A stretch of 64,000 nt of DNA, from NCBI GenBank assembly GCA_051530055.1, contig CM121343.1:3628389-3692388 (forward strand). The letters run 5' to 3'. A program made the translations under genes and the position numbers. Under the pieces are notes generated by a model. That model was not told where the DNA came from. It saw only the letters and a list, made by a program, of their open reading frames with translations, and did not search any database. Each line of letters opens with the position of its first letter. The first letter of the stretch is position 1. The stretch comes from Neoechinorhynchus agilis. Taxonomy: Eukaryota > Animalia > Acanthocephala. Positions 61,901-64,000 of this stretch are shown here, one piece after another.

Positions 61901-62910
61901 ATAATTCTGATAATTGCTTCGATGATACAGCATACATTATATGTCTTCTCAAAGCAATCCATAGATCAATTGAACCATTGGCGGAAACCTCATGTAAGGG
62001 TCTAAGGAAACCCCCCTTCTTTGTGAACCTCAACATGAACAAAGAAGCGGCTGCGGATGCAGATCAGATTAGGAAAGACCTTATAATTGAAGCTTTGAAC
62101 AATACGCATGAACAATGCAGATCCATTCACACGTCCGCGTTCAATCTTGTGGACATGGACGCTGTTTCCACGGACATTTTATCTGATATGCAACATGCGG
62201 GTCTTTGCGATCTGGAAGGATTTGATGATCTGCAGAAGGATGTGCTTGCGAATTCGCTAATACCACAAACCATTAGGTTGGCTGCTTTTCGGCATTTTTG
62301 TCGTCAACTTCCATTTAAACCACGAAATGAGGGCATCGAATGCTGGCAGGTGATTCTTGATTCTATAGCGTCAAATGGAACAATAATCGATGAATTGATA
62401 GATTGTGCCGCAAATTATAGATTGCGTGTAGTTCATGATATTCACTTTGTTTCAGAGCGCTTATGGACCCTTTTGACTCATTCTACGCCTTACGACTACC
62501 GATACTATCGTATCCTCCGATTGTGGATTCTATTGTTTGGAAACCGAGATGTAATTGAAGGTCATGGTGATGGCTTGGTCGGCGGAGCATTTGAATATAA
62601 ATTGATCGAAATGTGTTCTGACGATGCTAACAACGAAGAACTTTTACAAAGTGGTTGCGTAAAACGAAGTAGGACGTTTGTGAAGTTGTGTAATGATGAT
62701 TTGAAAAATCCATTAAGTTTATCATATTACAATGAAGACGACTTTGAAGCATACGATGATTTACTGGATACAGAATCAAGCGAGGAGGTGTCCGATGGTG
62801 TGGAATTATGGGAAGATTCTGGATCACTAGAAGGCTACGAAGACCCCATCGATGAAGGTGATGCATTTGACGTTAACTACGCAGACTCTACCCAAGGTGG
62901 TCAGTATTAA
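58941..62910 (+). CDS. TAF2: TFIID subunit 2 (aminopeptidase-like fold), interrupted near the 5' end by a MITE
   Basis: N-terminal segment MEVDCDYVIKEQLVQ...PLPFVY, then the long ORF with SWMPCLND, LAFVGLGL-like ALGFVGLGL, YFGCLL..WLEYGL, KFNRRKN, VLWVDVDP and FDDTAYIICLLKA. Confidence 0.8.
59156..59649. mobile_element. hAT-type MITE (494 bp) with an 8-bp target-site duplication GTCTACAC, inside the TAF2 coding sequence
   Basis: TSD at 59148-55 and 59650-57. TIRs CTATGGTCTCAAAC vs CAAGGGTCTCAAAC (12/14). GGTCTCAAACACGCGGCCC start resembles animal hAT/Charlie MITE ends. Confidence 0.88.
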
Positions 62911-63382
62911 AACAAATTCATCGAAAGATCTAAAAGATGATATGCGAGAAGTTGGATCAAGTGACCGAAACTCATGCTACTACGCAATGGTTTTGTACGA
63001 AGAATATCGGTGTATTCCAAATATTGAAAACCGCTAACGATACCTATAGACAACCATGTTCTTGATTAGTGCATGCTCCTTGGGCTTCAAATTAACCCGA
63101 GGTTGACCAACCGTGACTTTTTTCCAAATTACGTTTGAAACAAAATGTGATTCTTAATGTGTATTTTTTCACTTCCGGTTACTAGCCGTAGATCGCTGTT
63201 GTGATCGCGAGTACATCGACGATTTTGCACTCGTTTAAACTTGGCTGTTTCTCAATTATTGTGAGAATTCATCAGCACGGCTGTCACTTTGCAAACGTTA
63301 CCTTTTGTTGATAGTAGCTTTCAAATAAGAAATTCAAAATGACTTATTTTTCGTATGTTCAATTATTGAAGAAATCAGTATA

Positions 63383-63685
63383 TCGCCCGCCTAAGGAAGG
63401 AAACTCACTGTTGATTTCAGGCTCCTCGGAAGGTATCTGAGGATCCGGAGGATTGAAGGAAACTCATTTCGCGCACACCAACGCTACCAGCCTTCTTGAA
63501 AAGCTTCAATAAGGCTGGTAGCACTGGTGTGCGCGAAATGAGTTTCCTTCAATCCTCCGGATCCTCAGATCGCCCGCCTAAGGAAGGAAACTCACTCCTC
63601 GGGAGGTATCTGAGGATCCGGAGGATTGAAGGAAACTCATTTCGGGCACACCAGCGCTACCAGCCTTCTTGAAGCTTTTCAAGAA
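63383..63685 (+). repeat. Degenerate permuted-hammerhead family element: tandem units plus a 136-bp palindrome (63435-63570)
   Basis: GGAAACTCA CTGTTGA...GGTATC TGAG GATCCGGAG matches the 41.8 kb copy. ATCTGAGGATCCGGAGG...CCTCCGGATCCTCAGAT palindrome. Confidence 0.8.
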
Positions 63686-64000
63686 TAAATGATGGTGATT
63701 GCTAATTATTAGTTAATTGTGCCTATGTGGATCGCTTTACACGAATCTTATTTAATTTGAGCTTTTTTATTTGGGTGCCTGAATTAAAAATGGCATCTTA
63801 GGCAAAATTTCTACGTTTGATCCTAATCCATTTGTGCATGTTCAACCTTTTATACTTATAGGCAGCAAAAGTTGGCGAATGGATTTAAAATAAATTCGAC
63901 ACTCAGCCTCACTCCAAAATTATTGAGAATTTAAAGAAACGGTAAGATGAAGCAAATTAAAAAGTATAAAAATAGGATACAGCAAGCGATAAATGCATAT

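Overview
AT-rich genomic DNA from an animal with compact genes. There is no prokaryotic or CRISPR content. Host genes: the 3' end of SERCA, a protocadherin-like gene, CCT8, INTS3, a SoxB gene, GTPBP1, a BTB-BACK-PHR (BTBD1/2/3/6-type) gene, a DUF389 gene, ARHGAP39-like (MyTH4-RhoGAP), TAF2, and two orphan ORFs. Short canonical GT-AG and GC-AG introns are present. Main finding: at least six reading-frame breaks in four genes (CCT8, GTPBP1 x2, BTBD, protocadherin x2) are 43-387 bp segments bounded by TA on both sides, with imperfectly self-complementary ends. Removing each segment and keeping one TA restores the frame. In CCT8, GTPBP1 and BTBD it also restores conserved protein motifs, and no GT-AG junction does so. 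TAF2 carries a similar insert (hAT-type MITE, 8-bp duplication). This suggests either structure-guided non-canonical introns or IES-like programmed DNA excision in an animal. The intergenic DNA holds two hammerhead ribozyme repeat families: (i) a non-circularly permuted hammerhead in about 355-bp units, and (ii) minimal short-stem-III hammerheads with an extra core nucleotide, in head-to-head palindromes and 120-bp tandem arrays. It also holds a tRNA-derived SINE array, LINE and CRE-type retrotransposon fragments, MITEs and several young tandem arrays. Homolog sequences quoted below are from memory and need alignment to confirm.
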